Shown: in pieces, positions 50,455-60,880 of the stretch
How positions within the stretch are numbered: the first letter of the stretch is position 1
Layout: every line of letters starts with the position of its first letter
Source of the DNA: Candidatus Omnitrophota bacterium
GTDB taxonomy: Bacteria; Omnitrophota; Gorgyraeia; Zapsychrales; Zapsychraceae
DNA: 64,000 bases
Direction of reading: 5' to 3'
Assembly (NCBI GenBank): GCA_003528115.1
Contig: DOGZ01000012.1
Coordinates: 2,095 to 66,094, forward strand
Notes under the pieces: generated by a model
The model's input: the letters and a program-made list of their open reading frames with translations, nothing else
Databases searched by the model: none
What the model was told of the DNA's origin: nothing
Made by a program: the position numbers and the translations under genes

Positions 50455-51786
50455 TCAATTTAAGTTGGTAAGCCCATATCCATGCTCACCATGAAGGCTG
50501 TGGTCCAATCCCCTCATCTCATCTTTTTCGGCGATTCTAAACCCAATACATTTCTCAACAATAACGACTATAATGAACGTCATAACAGCCACATAAAGCA
50601 TCGTTATCCCAACGGCCGTTGCCTGTACGCCAAACTGTTGCAGAGCAGTCCATGTACCACCGACTTTCTCGGCCGCAGTGGCCATCCATTCAGGCCGGAT
50701 AAAAAACGTCAATCCAAGAGCCCCTACAATTCCAGCGACTCCATGAATACCAAAAACATCCAACGTATCATCATACCCCAATTTATTTTTTATTTGAATC
50801 GCTGTGAAGCTGATCAAGGAGGCCACGCAACCTAATATGAGGGCGCCATCAACTTGAACCACTCCCGCCGCCGGCGTTATGACAACTAACCCAGCCAGAA
50901 TTCCGCTCGCGACCCCCAAGCTTGTAACTTTTTTGTGCTGAAATCCTTCGATCAACATCCACATGACTGCGCCAGCCGAGGCAGCCGCCTGAGTTACGGT
51001 GAGAGCGCGGGCTGTGTCCAAATTACTATTAATCGAGCTTCCCGCATTAAAACCAAACCAGCCGACCCAAAGGAGTCCCGCCCCCGTCAATGTCATCACA
51101 AGGTTATTGGGATGCATAGCTATTTTGGGATAACCACGCCGAGATCCAAGATATAAAGCCACAACCAGCGCGCTGATCCCGGAAGAAATATGAACAACGG
51201 TTCCTCCGGCATAATCAATGGCCCCGTTGGCCCCCATATTGAAAAGAAAACCATCGGACGCCCATACCCAGTGGCATAAGGGGTTGTAAACAAACAAGCT
51301 CCACAAGGCAATAAAAATACAATAGCTTTTGAAGCGAACCCTTTCTGCAAAGGCCCCGGCAATCAGGGCCGGCGTGATGATGGCGAACTTCCCTTGAAAC
51401 ATGGCAAAAACATATTCAGGAACTCCCGCCTCCATAATCGAACCATCAATACCCTTCAAGAGAAACAATTTAGGATCCCACCCGAACCATCCTCCTAATA
51501 CATTATGTCCAAAACTCATACCGTATCCACAAACAGCCCAAATGACACCAATGATAGCCAATGCCCCATAGCTATGCAACATCGTGCCAAGGACATTTTT
51601 TGTCCTTACCAATCCGCCATAAAACATTGCCAGTCCTGGTATCATAAGAAGAACCAAGGCTGTTGAAGTTAACATCCAGGCCGTTATTCCCGAATCACTG
51701 ACCGGGCCCTCTTGAGCAAATGCCAAACGCGAAAACAACACGAGGCATCCCATAATAAGCATTATCAATAAGAGTTTCTTTTTCAT
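50455..51786 (-). CDS. amtB: Ammonium transporter
   Basis: 443-aa protein with a signal peptide and 11 TM helices. It contains the Amt signature DFAGGTVVHISSG. Confidence 0.9.
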   Translation of the reverse strand: MKKKLLLIMLIMGCLVLFSRLAFAQEGPVSDSGITAWMLTSTALVLLMIPGLAMFYGGLVRTKNVLGTMLHSYGALAIIGVIWAVCGYGMSFGHNVLGGWFGWDPKLFLLKGIDGSIMEAGVPEYVFAMFQGKFAIITPALIAGAFAERVRFKSYCIFIALWSLFVYNPLCHWVWASDGFLFNMGANGAIDYAGGTVVHISSGISALVVALYLGSRRGYPKIAMHPNNLVMTLTGAGLLWVGWFGFNAGSSINSNLDTARALTVTQAAASAGAVMWMLIEGFQHKKVTSLGVASGILAGLVVITPAAGVVQVDGALILGCVASLISFTAIQIKNKLGYDDTLDVFGIHGVAGIVGALGLTFFIRPEWMATAAEKVGGTWTALQQFGVQATAVGITMLYVAVMTFIIVVIVEKCIGFRIAEKDEMRGLDHSLHGEHGYGLTNLN

Positions 51787-52054
51787 TCTTCCCCCTTTCT
51801 ATTGGTTGAACCTTTTATCTATAAAATAAAAAATCCTTCTTACGAAGCAACGCTGCTTTTATAAGAAGGACATCTTTGTCCAACAAAATTATTTTTATTT
51901 AAATCGCTCGATGGCCGCTCTGCCGATCAATTACTCAATTTTTTCGCCGAACCATATCTTTATCTAAAGCTGTGCAAAATATATCATCCATCTTAATTCC
52001 TGTCAAGCTCCAAGATTAATTTCTTTACCAATTTAAACGAGGCGCAAATAGACT

Positions 52055-53548
52055 TTACTTTTTCAGCCACTCAGCCACATCATTTGAAAACTGAGACGGG
52101 ATACTATTTCTTTTGATGATCTCCTGATCGACGACATCAATTTTTTCATTATCAAGAATAACCTGCACTTTATGCTCTGTTTCAATGACCGTAAATTTTA
52201 CTTTTCGCTTGATTTCGTTGATAAGCAAAACAAACTCTTTAAATGAATTAAATTTTTTCCCGTTGACGGTCTCGATAATATCATCGCCATATTCATGATA
52301 ACCGGCATTAATATCATCAGATAACACATCAAGGATCACAACTAAATCATTACGGCCTTGTCTGTTCAACCGACCAGAACCAAGTAGATAATAGTTAAAA
52401 TCCAAAGGGGCCTTCTCCCACCATTCGTTCCCCCAGGATCTTAATAAATCCGACGTTAATACCGTAAAGACCATCCCACCGTAAATAAAATACGGCGGCT
52501 TTTTATAATATCTCGGATAAGGAACTAATGTCGCGAAAGGTTTTAGGGTGACCGAAATATTCTTGATCTTTCCTTCCCGCATAACTTTTAAAGGAATTTC
52601 TTCCCCTATCTGTTTTTCAGTAATTAAATGGGACATGATGAGCCGTTCCTTCCCCCGGAAGGCAAAAGTCCCATCCTCGCCAATGGGCACCCCAGAAATC
52701 TCAAGAACGACATCCCCTTCTTTTAAACGATCAACGGCAGGTGAAAAAGGCAAAACCCGCGTCACAAGGATACCGCCATTTTCATTCTTGATTTTATAAA
52801 AGTTTCTAAGTGTGGTGTTCTCTGTATTATTAAAATCGATTCCCAAGACAGGAAATCCATCATATTTTCCGTCATCCAAATCATTCAAGAAATGCTCTAT
52901 AATGGGGACCGGAATCATATAACCAATATTTTGTCCGGCCTGATAAACTTGCATGGCAACTCCAACAAATTTCCCATCCTGGACAACCGGTCCCCCGCTA
53001 TTGCCTGGATTAATAGCCGCATCAATCTGGACAGTTAATAACTTTCGGTTACTCTGAGAATAGGCTGTCACTTCAACGCGCGAGACCACGCCTTCTGTGA
53101 TCGAAAGCATGTCCCCTCCTTCCGGATAACCCAGAACGGAAACGGCATCTTGCAGTTTAGGCAATCCGCCGAATTCCAAAGGCGATGTGCCTTCAAAAAA
53201 TTGCGGGTCATCCACCGTCAGAATGGCTAAATCACAATCATGTCCCATGGCCAACACCTTAGCCGTATATTTCTTTGGATCAGCATCTTTTCGTACCTGA
53301 ATAAAAGTTTGGTCAGCAATAACATGCGCGTTCGTCAAGATTTTATTCCCTTTGATAATGCTGCCCGAGCCACTGGCTCCCCTAATTCCCAATGATTGCC
53401 AGGGCCGGTAATAATCTGTCGGATTGGCGGTGACAAAAATTTTGACAACCGACGTCGTAGATTGACCGGCATGAAGAGCCGATGCCATCATCAAGATAAG
53501 AAATAACAACGCCGCAATATATTTCCCAATGGGTCTCATAAAATGCAC
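52055..53548 (-). CDS. HtrA/DegP-family periplasmic serine protease with PDZ domains
   Basis: The catalytic triad blocks are TNAHV, D and GNSGGPV. C-terminal PDZ-like regions are present. Confidence 0.85.
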   Translation of the reverse strand: MHFMRPIGKYIAALLFLILMMASALHAGQSTTSVVKIFVTANPTDYYRPWQSLGIRGASGSGSIIKGNKILTNAHVIADQTFIQVRKDADPKKYTAKVLAMGHDCDLAILTVDDPQFFEGTSPLEFGGLPKLQDAVSVLGYPEGGDMLSITEGVVSRVEVTAYSQSNRKLLTVQIDAAINPGNSGGPVVQDGKFVGVAMQVYQAGQNIGYMIPVPIIEHFLNDLDDGKYDGFPVLGIDFNNTENTTLRNFYKIKNENGGILVTRVLPFSPAVDRLKEGDVVLEISGVPIGEDGTFAFRGKERLIMSHLITEKQIGEEIPLKVMREGKIKNISVTLKPFATLVPYPRYYKKPPYFIYGGMVFTVLTSDLLRSWGNEWWEKAPLDFNYYLLGSGRLNRQGRNDLVVILDVLSDDINAGYHEYGDDIIETVNGKKFNSFKEFVLLINEIKRKVKFTVIETEHKVQVILDNEKIDVVDQEIIKRNSIPSQFSNDVAEWLKK

Positions 53549-53560
53549 ATCCCCGCCTCT

Positions 53561-55093
53561 TTAGTAACTTTCTTCATGGTTCAAGAATTCATCGATTTCC
53601 TGAAGATCATCGACAGGCAAGTAACCATTGAACTTTTCAAAATCAGTTAAACTCATCTGTAAATACTGATGAATATCCTTTAATCTGCTTCTTAAATCCG
53701 CCAGCTCTTGCTCCTCCCAAGGAGATTTTGCCTGATGCTGAGTCTCACGGTTTTCTAAGGCTATCAATTTTTCCTGGATATCATTCAATTGATTTTCTAA
53801 TGAAACGAAATTGTCTCTTGTTTCTTGAAGGGCATCCCCTCTTTGAAAAATTTTTGTCTGCGCCAAAGTCAACTGCTCCTCCAAAGTGGATATTGTAGCT
53901 GTTTTTTCTTTATTCATACCTGTTGCATCCGCCAATTTAAGTCGATAAATACGCAAAATCCCGTTCAGTTCGATCAATTGTTCATCTTTCTTAGCCAAAA
54001 AATCATCCTTCTTTTTATTTTCCGTTGAAGCGGCTGATCGAAAATCCTCAATCGTTCCTTGAAGAGATTGAATCTGGTCATTCTTTTCCTGAAGAATTCT
54101 TTGCCCCAAATCAAATCGTGAGCGTATATCGACAAATTCTTTATTCAATGAAGCTAATTCTTCATTTTTCTTAGAAAGAAGTCTGTCCTTTTCCGAAAGT
54201 TGAAGGGCGTGATCAATAAGTTCTTTAGTGAGTTTATTCATGTGCTGCTCTTTTTCATCCAGAATTTTCTTTAGACCGTATAGTCTCCGATGGATAAGAG
54301 CCATATGCCTCTTAACTAAATCGATCTCTGGATTGGTCTCTCCAGCAATATCATCGCGGAGATGATCATTTTGCGTATCTGGCGGGATAGATAATATCGG
54401 GCGATAATTTCTCACATTTTGATAATGCGTCCTTGGACGACTCGTTCCCCCGATGTTATCCCTGAAGGATTTTAGGGACGCCACAGACCGATCGTGCCCC
54501 TGAAAATCTTTTTGTAAATCTTTTAATCGATCGTATTGTCTGGAATGGATGAGTACTTTTTCTGATAATCGATCTTTTTCAAAGGCCACGGAATCAATAA
54601 CGACGGCCAAGGGATCCTGTTGCTTTGAAGAATCACGTCTCGCGTTCTTAAAAGTTCGTTGGGCAAATCCCTCTATTTCTTTTGTTATTGACAATAAGTT
54701 TTCATCAATAAAGGCACGCCTCATTCCACTCTTGATTAATGTATTTTCTAAAGCGGCCTTCTTAGACTGATAATAATCTATTTTATTTAATAAATTCTGC
54801 CGCTGCGAAACCAGATCTTCAAAAAACAAAAGATTAATTTTTTGCTTGGCCGTCAATCTTTGTAACGATGACATGTGAATCAATGCTTCGTATGCCTCTT
54901 TATCATCCGGATCCATCAGTAAGGCACGGCTCAAATCATTCATCGCCCCTAAGATGTCACCCTGCTGGTATAACTCCAAGCCATGTTGCTTAAAAGCGTA
55001 AGCGATCTCCGTCTCATTTTCTGCCCAAAGGGGATCGCACAAAATAAGACAAGCAATAATAAATAAAACAGTACCTATAAACTTATTTTTCAT
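53561..55093 (-). CDS. Exported TPR + coiled-coil protein
   Basis: A signal peptide and a TPR-like N-terminus are followed by long heptad coiled coil. The gene abuts the htrA-like gene with a 13-nt gap. Confidence 0.5.
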   Translation of the reverse strand: MKNKFIGTVLFIIACLILCDPLWAENETEIAYAFKQHGLELYQQGDILGAMNDLSRALLMDPDDKEAYEALIHMSSLQRLTAKQKINLLFFEDLVSQRQNLLNKIDYYQSKKAALENTLIKSGMRRAFIDENLLSITKEIEGFAQRTFKNARRDSSKQQDPLAVVIDSVAFEKDRLSEKVLIHSRQYDRLKDLQKDFQGHDRSVASLKSFRDNIGGTSRPRTHYQNVRNYRPILSIPPDTQNDHLRDDIAGETNPEIDLVKRHMALIHRRLYGLKKILDEKEQHMNKLTKELIDHALQLSEKDRLLSKKNEELASLNKEFVDIRSRFDLGQRILQEKNDQIQSLQGTIEDFRSAASTENKKKDDFLAKKDEQLIELNGILRIYRLKLADATGMNKEKTATISTLEEQLTLAQTKIFQRGDALQETRDNFVSLENQLNDIQEKLIALENRETQHQAKSPWEEQELADLRSRLKDIHQYLQMSLTDFEKFNGYLPVDDLQEIDEFLNHEESY

Positions 55094-55282
55094 GAACCGT
55101 ATAAAAATAAAAACAAAATGGGGTTAGTCAGATAAAGTGGATTAACTATACCATTGTCGCCTTAATGTTTCAAGAAATGTCTAAAGGGAGGATTTAGTGG
55201 GTGTCTGCGAGGGCAAAAAAGAATGATTTGGAGGGAAAAGAAAACAAATTTTTACAACGAGCTGAAATATAATTTAAAATTC

Positions 55283-56573
55283 GGCACTGGTATAGATTTA
55301 GTGCTGTAAATTAATAGGAGGCGTTAAACTTTCCGACGCTGTGTTGCCTTAAAATCGTGTATAATCCTGAAAGAGCAGGACACTTATCGGTTTTTGGCAA
55401 CTTTGCGGAAAGGAATCCTCCCGTTATGTCTTCAAATTTTTTTGCCCGAGATGTCGGGGTTGCTCTTTCACAAAAGCTGGTTTTAAAGAACTCCGGGTGT
55501 TCACGCTACATGGCTGGCATCACCAACGGTACCAGCTGTATCGTTGCGAAGCTTGTGATCACCGTTTCCATTGCGCGGAGGTGATCGGCATGTACACGGT
55601 CAAAGTGATTGAATATGTGACCTTCATGTACTTGCGAAGTATGTCGTTCAATCAGGTCAACGCGATCCTGCGAGCGTTCTACGAGCGCAATGTGTTCACC
55701 AAGTCGCAACTCATTGAACATATCGAACAACTTACGGATCGAATCCCGGAACATCAGGCCATCAGCCGCTGGCTCAAGCCAAAGCGCAGCGGTTATTACG
55801 CGCTGGATGGGACATGGCTCAAATATCGTGGCGAAGACATCGTGCTTCTGATCATGTTCGATGTCGAAACACTGGACACGGTAGCGTACCATGTGGCTGA
55901 TGACGAAACCGAAGAATCATACACGGCGCTTATCCAGATGGCCAGGCCGGAGATCTCCGTCGGAATTAAAGGCCTTTTTGGCGACGGCGACCTTGGCCTC
56001 ATGGCCGCGATAGAAAAACTTTGCCCGGGCGTTCCGTTCCAGTTGTGCGTCTTTCACAAGTACGCGCGTGTCGGCCAGTTGATTCCGTTCAGGTACTCCA
56101 AGAACGCGCTGGATCGGGAAATCAAAGAGCGGGTTGAAAAAGTCCTGTTTGCTGAAAGCAAAGACGCGGCCACAAGCGCGTTGCATGAACTTGAGTTGTT
56201 CGCCAAAGAAAATCAGGGTTACGGGAAGCTTAACAAGGCGATTGAAGTCTTGCATTACAACTTCGAACTTCTCCTGACCCATTTTGATCATCCCGAGATG
56301 AGCCCGTATAACAATGTGCTTGAGGGATTCAACGCGGTCATCAAACGTCGCACCTGGCTTATGAAAGGGTTTAAGAAAGACATTAACATCGACCGTTGGA
56401 TCAAACTCCTGCTTCTGGACTGGCGGTTCCATGTGCTTAAGGAGTCGGCCTTCGATAGCCGCAGAGGAAAAATGCCCCTTGAGCTGGCCGAAGTCAAACT
56501 TCCAGAGATTTACAACTGGCTAACTTTTGTGAGAAAGAACTATCGGAAAAACCACTAATTCTATACCAGTGCC
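55283..56573 (+). mobile_element. Complete IS1-like insertion sequence (1291 bp) with terminal inverted repeats and an 8-bp target-site duplication
   Basis: The left inverted repeat is GGCACTGGTATAGATTTAGTG. The right inverted repeat, read as reverse complement, is GGCACTGGTATAGAATTAGTGG. The target-site duplication TAAAATTC is present at 55275–55282 and 56574–56581. Confidence 0.8.
55497..56558 (+). CDS. DDE transposase with an N-terminal zinc ribbon (IS1 InsA-like CPRC...HQRYxCxxC)
   Basis: The in-frame extension upstream to 55371 reads ...FFCPRCRGCSFTKAGFKELRVFTLHGWHHQRYQLYRCEACDHRF. The DDE residues are placed at ALDGTW, FGDGDLG and NNVLEGFNAVIKRR. The only ATG upstream (55426, MSSNFF) is in another frame and joins through a T7 tract. 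Confidence 0.75.
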   Translation: MFTLHGWHHQRYQLYRCEACDHRFHCAEVIGMYTVKVIEYVTFMYLRSMSFNQVNAILRAFYERNVFTKSQLIEHIEQLTDRIPEHQAISRWLKPKRSGYYALDGTWLKYRGEDIVLLIMFDVETLDTVAYHVADDETEESYTALIQMARPEISVGIKGLFGDGDLGLMAAIEKLCPGVPFQLCVFHKYARVGQLIPFRYSKNALDREIKERVEKVLFAESKDAATSALHELELFAKENQGYGKLNKAIEVLHYNFELLLTHFDHPEMSPYNNVLEGFNAVIKRRTWLMKGFKKDINIDRWIKLLLLDWRFHVLKESAFDSRRGKMPLELAEVKLPEIYNWLTFVRKNYRKNH

Positions 56574-56587
56574 TAAAATTCTATTAT

Positions 56588-57085
56588 TTAGAATACTTTT
56601 GTTAATTTCGGCCAATGTTCTTCGGCCAAGATATACCCAACGCACCGTTTTGTCCTACATTCACATCTATGGTCCTCATGTTCTTCATACCCATACCCAT
56701 AATTATATGTTAATTCCTCCCCTTTCCTTATATCACGTAAGGCTTTAATCCATATATGGCCACGGATTATCTCGGCTTCACAATTAGGATCGCAGGCGTG
56801 ATTAATAAACCTTGCCGTATTATAAGGCACAAACCCATCAATATCATGCCGCTTATTTAATTCAAAAAGATAAACTGCACCAAAAACATTGTTTTCTTTG
56901 TGCTTTAATAAAGGAATACCCGCCCTTCTATCCGACTCGGCTTTAGTTATTTTTTCCCCCACATATTCAATAATAGGCGTTCCCGCAGAGATATCCTTTT
57001 TTGCGAAAACTCCATTACTATGAATACTTGATCTTCTTATAACAAAATAACGATTCTTTATTTTCCCCATCAATTTACATTTCAA
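56588..57085 (-). CDS. SET-domain protein (putative lysine methyltransferase)
   Basis: RFINHACDPNC matches NHSCxPN. ELTYNYG matches ELxxDY. The post-SET motif is CECRTKRC. Confidence 0.8.
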   Translation of the reverse strand: MKCKLMGKIKNRYFVIRRSSIHSNGVFAKKDISAGTPIIEYVGEKITKAESDRRAGIPLLKHKENNVFGAVYLFELNKRHDIDGFVPYNTARFINHACDPNCEAEIIRGHIWIKALRDIRKGEELTYNYGYGYEEHEDHRCECRTKRCVGYILAEEHWPKLTKVF

Positions 57086-57165
57086 TTCTTCTTGAAAGGA
57101 TAAAAGAAATTAACGATGATGCTTTACCTATTTATGTGCTCGAGGATAAAGCACCTATTGCGCTT

Positions 57166-57549
57166 TTATTCATCAGCCTTAAAATTGGCTTCGATTGAAT
57201 TTAGCAAGACATCTAACCTGCTGGGTTTAGCGATAAACGGATGTCCACCGATCCATCCCCCTTGGGACTTAACCTCTTCTGTTGTTACGGTAGCCGTTAA
57301 AAAAACAATAGGGGTTTCCTGCAAAACTTTATTATTCCGGATTTCCATAGCGACGTCAGGCCCTTCTTTTTGTGGCATCATAACATCCAGCAATATTAAA
57401 TCAGGCTTTAGATGAAGGGCCGTCGAGAATGCCTTATTCGAGTCGTTCTCAACCGTAACGTCATAGTTTCCTACTGACTCAAGATTTATTCTTAAAATAG
57501 AAGTGAAACTTTTTTCATCATCAACAATAAGAATTCGTTTTTTTTCCAT
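57166..57549 (-). CDS. Single-domain response regulator (CheY-like)
   Basis: REC domain with ILIVDDE...DLILLDVMMP...KP. Confidence 0.8.
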   Translation of the reverse strand: MEKKRILIVDDEKSFTSILRINLESVGNYDVTVENDSNKAFSTALHLKPDLILLDVMMPQKEGPDVAMEIRNNKVLQETPIVFLTATVTTEEVKSQGGWIGGHPFIAKPSRLDVLLNSIEANFKADE

Positions 57550-58765
57550 ACTCGTCTCCTTTGTTGCTGTTAACTGAAAAAACGAGTGTCGCTCTTACCC
57601 CTCCTTCCTTTTTATTACTTATAAAGATCTGCCCCCCATGGATATCCATGATATTCTTAGAGACAGCTAATCCCAAACCAACCCCGCCCCGAGATCTTCG
57701 AGTAGTAAAAAAAGGCTCAAATATCTTATCAATTTCGTTATCCGGAATACCACATCCCTTATCATCAACGTGAATCATAATTATGGTTTGACCGAGGTAA
57801 AAAATATTTTGATTTAATTCTGGCATTTTCTTCAAGTCTTCTGTGGATAAAATAAAAATTTGACTTGTAACGACTACTTCTCCGCCATCGGGCATTGCAA
57901 AAATGGCATTAATAAGCAGGTTAACCATAACCTGCTCAATCCTCGCGCTGTCAATTTCAATCTTGGGAATATTTGAATCAAATATTTTTATAAGCTTAAT
58001 GTGATGCTTATCCAATTCATGCCGTACTAATGAAATTGCTTTCTCCAAGACATCTTTTAAATCTTCCATTTTTTTATTAAGTCTTGTTAAACCTGAAAAA
58101 TTTAATAAATCGGTAATAATATTATTTGCCCGGTTGATCGCCTCTAACATGCTCTCAAAAACAATTCTGATATCTTCTTTGTTTTTGTCGAATTTTTCAG
58201 AAAGATACGTAATCCCATAAAGGATTGTGGCCAAAGGGTTCTTAACCTCATGGGCTATTCCACTGGCCAAGACACCAACGACGCGCATTTTCTCAGCCTG
58301 AACCAACTGGGATTGAAGATCCTTTAAATTATCATAGGCCATCTTAAGTTCGAGTTCTAGCCGCTTTCGTTCAATAGCATAAAGAAGAGATTTATTTAAT
58401 GTGTAAGAATTATATTTGCCTTTATTCAAGAAGTCCTGAGCCCCAAGACGTAAAGAAATTACACCGACTTCATCTTCATAAGCGCCTGTATTAACGACGA
58501 TCGTTATTAGTGGAAACTTCTTATTGAGTTCAATAAGCGTTTGCTCTCCTTGACTATCGGGCAAATTCAAATCCAAAACGACAACATCAAAATCCTGTTC
58601 AGTTAGAGATTCCATAGCGTCTGCCAATGATGTGGCACATCTAAAGAAGCAAGGTCCCGCTTCATTTTCAGTTAACATAGCTTCTAACATCCGCAGATCG
58701 ACATCATTATCATCAACCACCAGCACTCTTAAATGTTTAGAAATTTTATTTTCTTGATTGATCAT
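57521..58765 (-). CDS. Hybrid histidine kinase (N-terminal REC, HisKA, HATPase_c)
   Basis: REC shows VLVVDDN...VVVLDLNLPD. HisKA shows the H-box IAHEVKNPL. The G-box GGVGLGL is present. Confidence 0.8.
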   Translation of the reverse strand: MINQENKISKHLRVLVVDDNDVDLRMLEAMLTENEAGPCFFRCATSLADAMESLTEQDFDVVVLDLNLPDSQGEQTLIELNKKFPLITIVVNTGAYEDEVGVISLRLGAQDFLNKGKYNSYTLNKSLLYAIERKRLELELKMAYDNLKDLQSQLVQAEKMRVVGVLASGIAHEVKNPLATILYGITYLSEKFDKNKEDIRIVFESMLEAINRANNIITDLLNFSGLTRLNKKMEDLKDVLEKAISLVRHELDKHHIKLIKIFDSNIPKIEIDSARIEQVMVNLLINAIFAMPDGGEVVVTSQIFILSTEDLKKMPELNQNIFYLGQTIIMIHVDDKGCGIPDNEIDKIFEPFFTTRRSRGGVGLGLAVSKNIMDIHGGQIFISNKKEGGVRATLVFSVNSNKGDEYGKKTNSYC

Positions 58766-58952
58766 TCAATACCAATAAAAATAGCCACGGACTCATTTCC
58801 CCTTCAACGATCCGCGGCTTAAGCGTTGACATACGATTATGCTTCAGTCTATGTTAATTCCTTGGTTAAAATATAAAATATATTTATTAAAATGTCAAAT
58901 CAAGCCCGACACTATCAACGTATGAAATTCTAAAAAAAACCAATTTAAGAAA

Positions 58953-60359
58953 CTAATAAAGACAACTAGCACCGAACATGAGCGCGGTAGAATTCCACTT
59001 GATTTGATTCAATTGTGTGTCAATAACACTCCCATCACTGAAAAACGTTCTATCCAGCCCCTCCCAGGCCTGCCAATCCTGTAAATCTGCGTTAAAATTC
59101 AAATTCCAATGATCATTTAATTGATAGGCTGCCCCTAGATTCAAAACAAGGCCGCGACCATCGGCTATATGCTCAAAACTTTTCGGATGCTGGAAATCAT
59201 CTCTAAGGTTCCAATTGGCTGAACCATAATAATCCGCCATATGATATTCAAATCTGAACAGGGCGGAAATCTTCTTCCTCTTTCCAATTAATTCAAATCC
59301 GGTCCAAGGGCCTTCCCATTCAGCCCAATAGCTGGTATGCAATTGTGGCGGCAACGGACCAGACCCTCCAACCACCTGTCTTCCGTCAATCGCAATAAGA
59401 TTTAATTCATGCCGAGAGAAACCTCCCAAGGCTGTAAACCAAATATCATCTGACAACAGTTCTTTAGAGACAGAACCTAAAGAAAACTTATATCCGAGGC
59501 CATATGACCAATCTATGGCGCTCCCGTCATCGGCTCGACTAACGGATCTTGAAAATTCATCGGCATGATTGTCACTAAAATAATCCGAATCCTGAACCTC
59601 CCCATCATAGATGTCCGCATATGACATCATGCCATCAAGTACAAAACGCTGATCGACAGTGATTTCTCCTTTAGCTTTAAGTTGAGTCATTTTCAAATCT
59701 TTCCAAGTCAACTCAGACAAAACATTCGGATTGGCCCCATCCGTATCCCCAGCAATACTAAACTGAAAATCGTCTTGTCGATATCCCCCAAAAAGTTGCA
59801 AACTTGCCTCTATTAATTTTTGTCGATTGGAGTCGTCATTATTGGAATATTGCATTCCCACTGAATTAATAGACTTATCCCCCCCAACACTAGCAATACT
59901 CAAATGATTATTATCAGCTTCGTCACTAATGCTTTCGGATTTAACTGCGATATCAGAAGAAAATGGGGCGGAAACGAAATCTACTTTTTGTGGATGAGGA
60001 AATCGCTCAACAGCATCAAGGCTTTTTTTAATTAAATCACTTCTTTTTGCCTCATAATTCTTAAGAGACTCTCCTGAATAACAAAGATCCTGCCAAGATA
60101 AGCTATTCTTTCTATACGCTTTCTGTCCTAAACAATCTGCGGATTTTCGTGAAGATAAAATAAATTTATGATCATCAGCATCTTGAACTACGTTCTTTCG
60201 ATTATGCGATTCCATCTGCCGTGTATAGGTCAACCACTCCCTTCTGATCAAAATATTTCTTTCATTAGGACTAGGATTTTGTTTCGCATAAACCAATTTT
60301 GAGTCATGGGAAATGTAAAATGCCATTGTCAGGACCAGTAAATATTGATATTTTTTCAT
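58953..60359 (-). CDS. Putative outer-membrane beta-barrel protein
   Basis: Signal peptide. The C-terminal half shows amphipathic beta-strand alternation (WNLNFNADLQDW, LVLNLGAAYQL) and ends in an aromatic residue (...SCLY). Confidence 0.35.
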   Translation of the reverse strand: MKKYQYLLVLTMAFYISHDSKLVYAKQNPSPNERNILIRREWLTYTRQMESHNRKNVVQDADDHKFILSSRKSADCLGQKAYRKNSLSWQDLCYSGESLKNYEAKRSDLIKKSLDAVERFPHPQKVDFVSAPFSSDIAVKSESISDEADNNHLSIASVGGDKSINSVGMQYSNNDDSNRQKLIEASLQLFGGYRQDDFQFSIAGDTDGANPNVLSELTWKDLKMTQLKAKGEITVDQRFVLDGMMSYADIYDGEVQDSDYFSDNHADEFSRSVSRADDGSAIDWSYGLGYKFSLGSVSKELLSDDIWFTALGGFSRHELNLIAIDGRQVVGGSGPLPPQLHTSYWAEWEGPWTGFELIGKRKKISALFRFEYHMADYYGSANWNLRDDFQHPKSFEHIADGRGLVLNLGAAYQLNDHWNLNFNADLQDWQAWEGLDRTFFSDGSVIDTQLNQIKWNSTALMFGASCLY

Positions 60360-60423
60360 TTAAAAAAGCAATTGTTAAGAAGAAGTGATGGATTCATAAA
60401 TGTTTTTTTTGTGCCTCTACCCC

Positions 60424-60852
60424 TTACCCTCGGATAGTCTCATCCGCCAAATTATTATGACTAGCGATGACAACCCAACGCTCTTTTTGTTTTTTCCATG
60501 TCATTGTATAACGCCGAATGACTCTCTTGCCACCTTCCATATTCTTCTCGATAGTGAATATGAAATATTGCAAAATAGCTATATCTTCATGGATTTTAAT
60601 ATCAATAGGTCTGAGTTCACAAATAACAATTTGCGTTGATTTCGTCCAGAATCCGACCCATTTCTTAAGCCATGGTTTATCAATATTGATCGGACTTTCA
60701 TGACCAAACCCAATAAAATCATCATGAATGTACTTTAAGAAATCCTCCACCCTTTGATTTATAAGATGATCCCAATGTTCCTCCAGGCATCTCCATACGC
60801 CATTCTGCTCTTCATTCCAATAAGACGGTTTTGATGATGTCAACCCATGCAT
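60424..60852 (-). CDS. NTF2-like / SnoaL-like small protein
   Basis: 142-aa protein whose size and aromatic/hydrophobic pattern fit the NTF2-like fold. No specific motif was found. Confidence 0.35.
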   Translation of the reverse strand: MHGLTSSKPSYWNEEQNGVWRCLEEHWDHLINQRVEDFLKYIHDDFIGFGHESPINIDKPWLKKWVGFWTKSTQIVICELRPIDIKIHEDIAILQYFIFTIEKNMEGGKRVIRRYTMTWKKQKERWVVIASHNNLADETIRG

Positions 60853-60880
60853 AAAAGTCTCCTAAAAAAATTAAATAATT

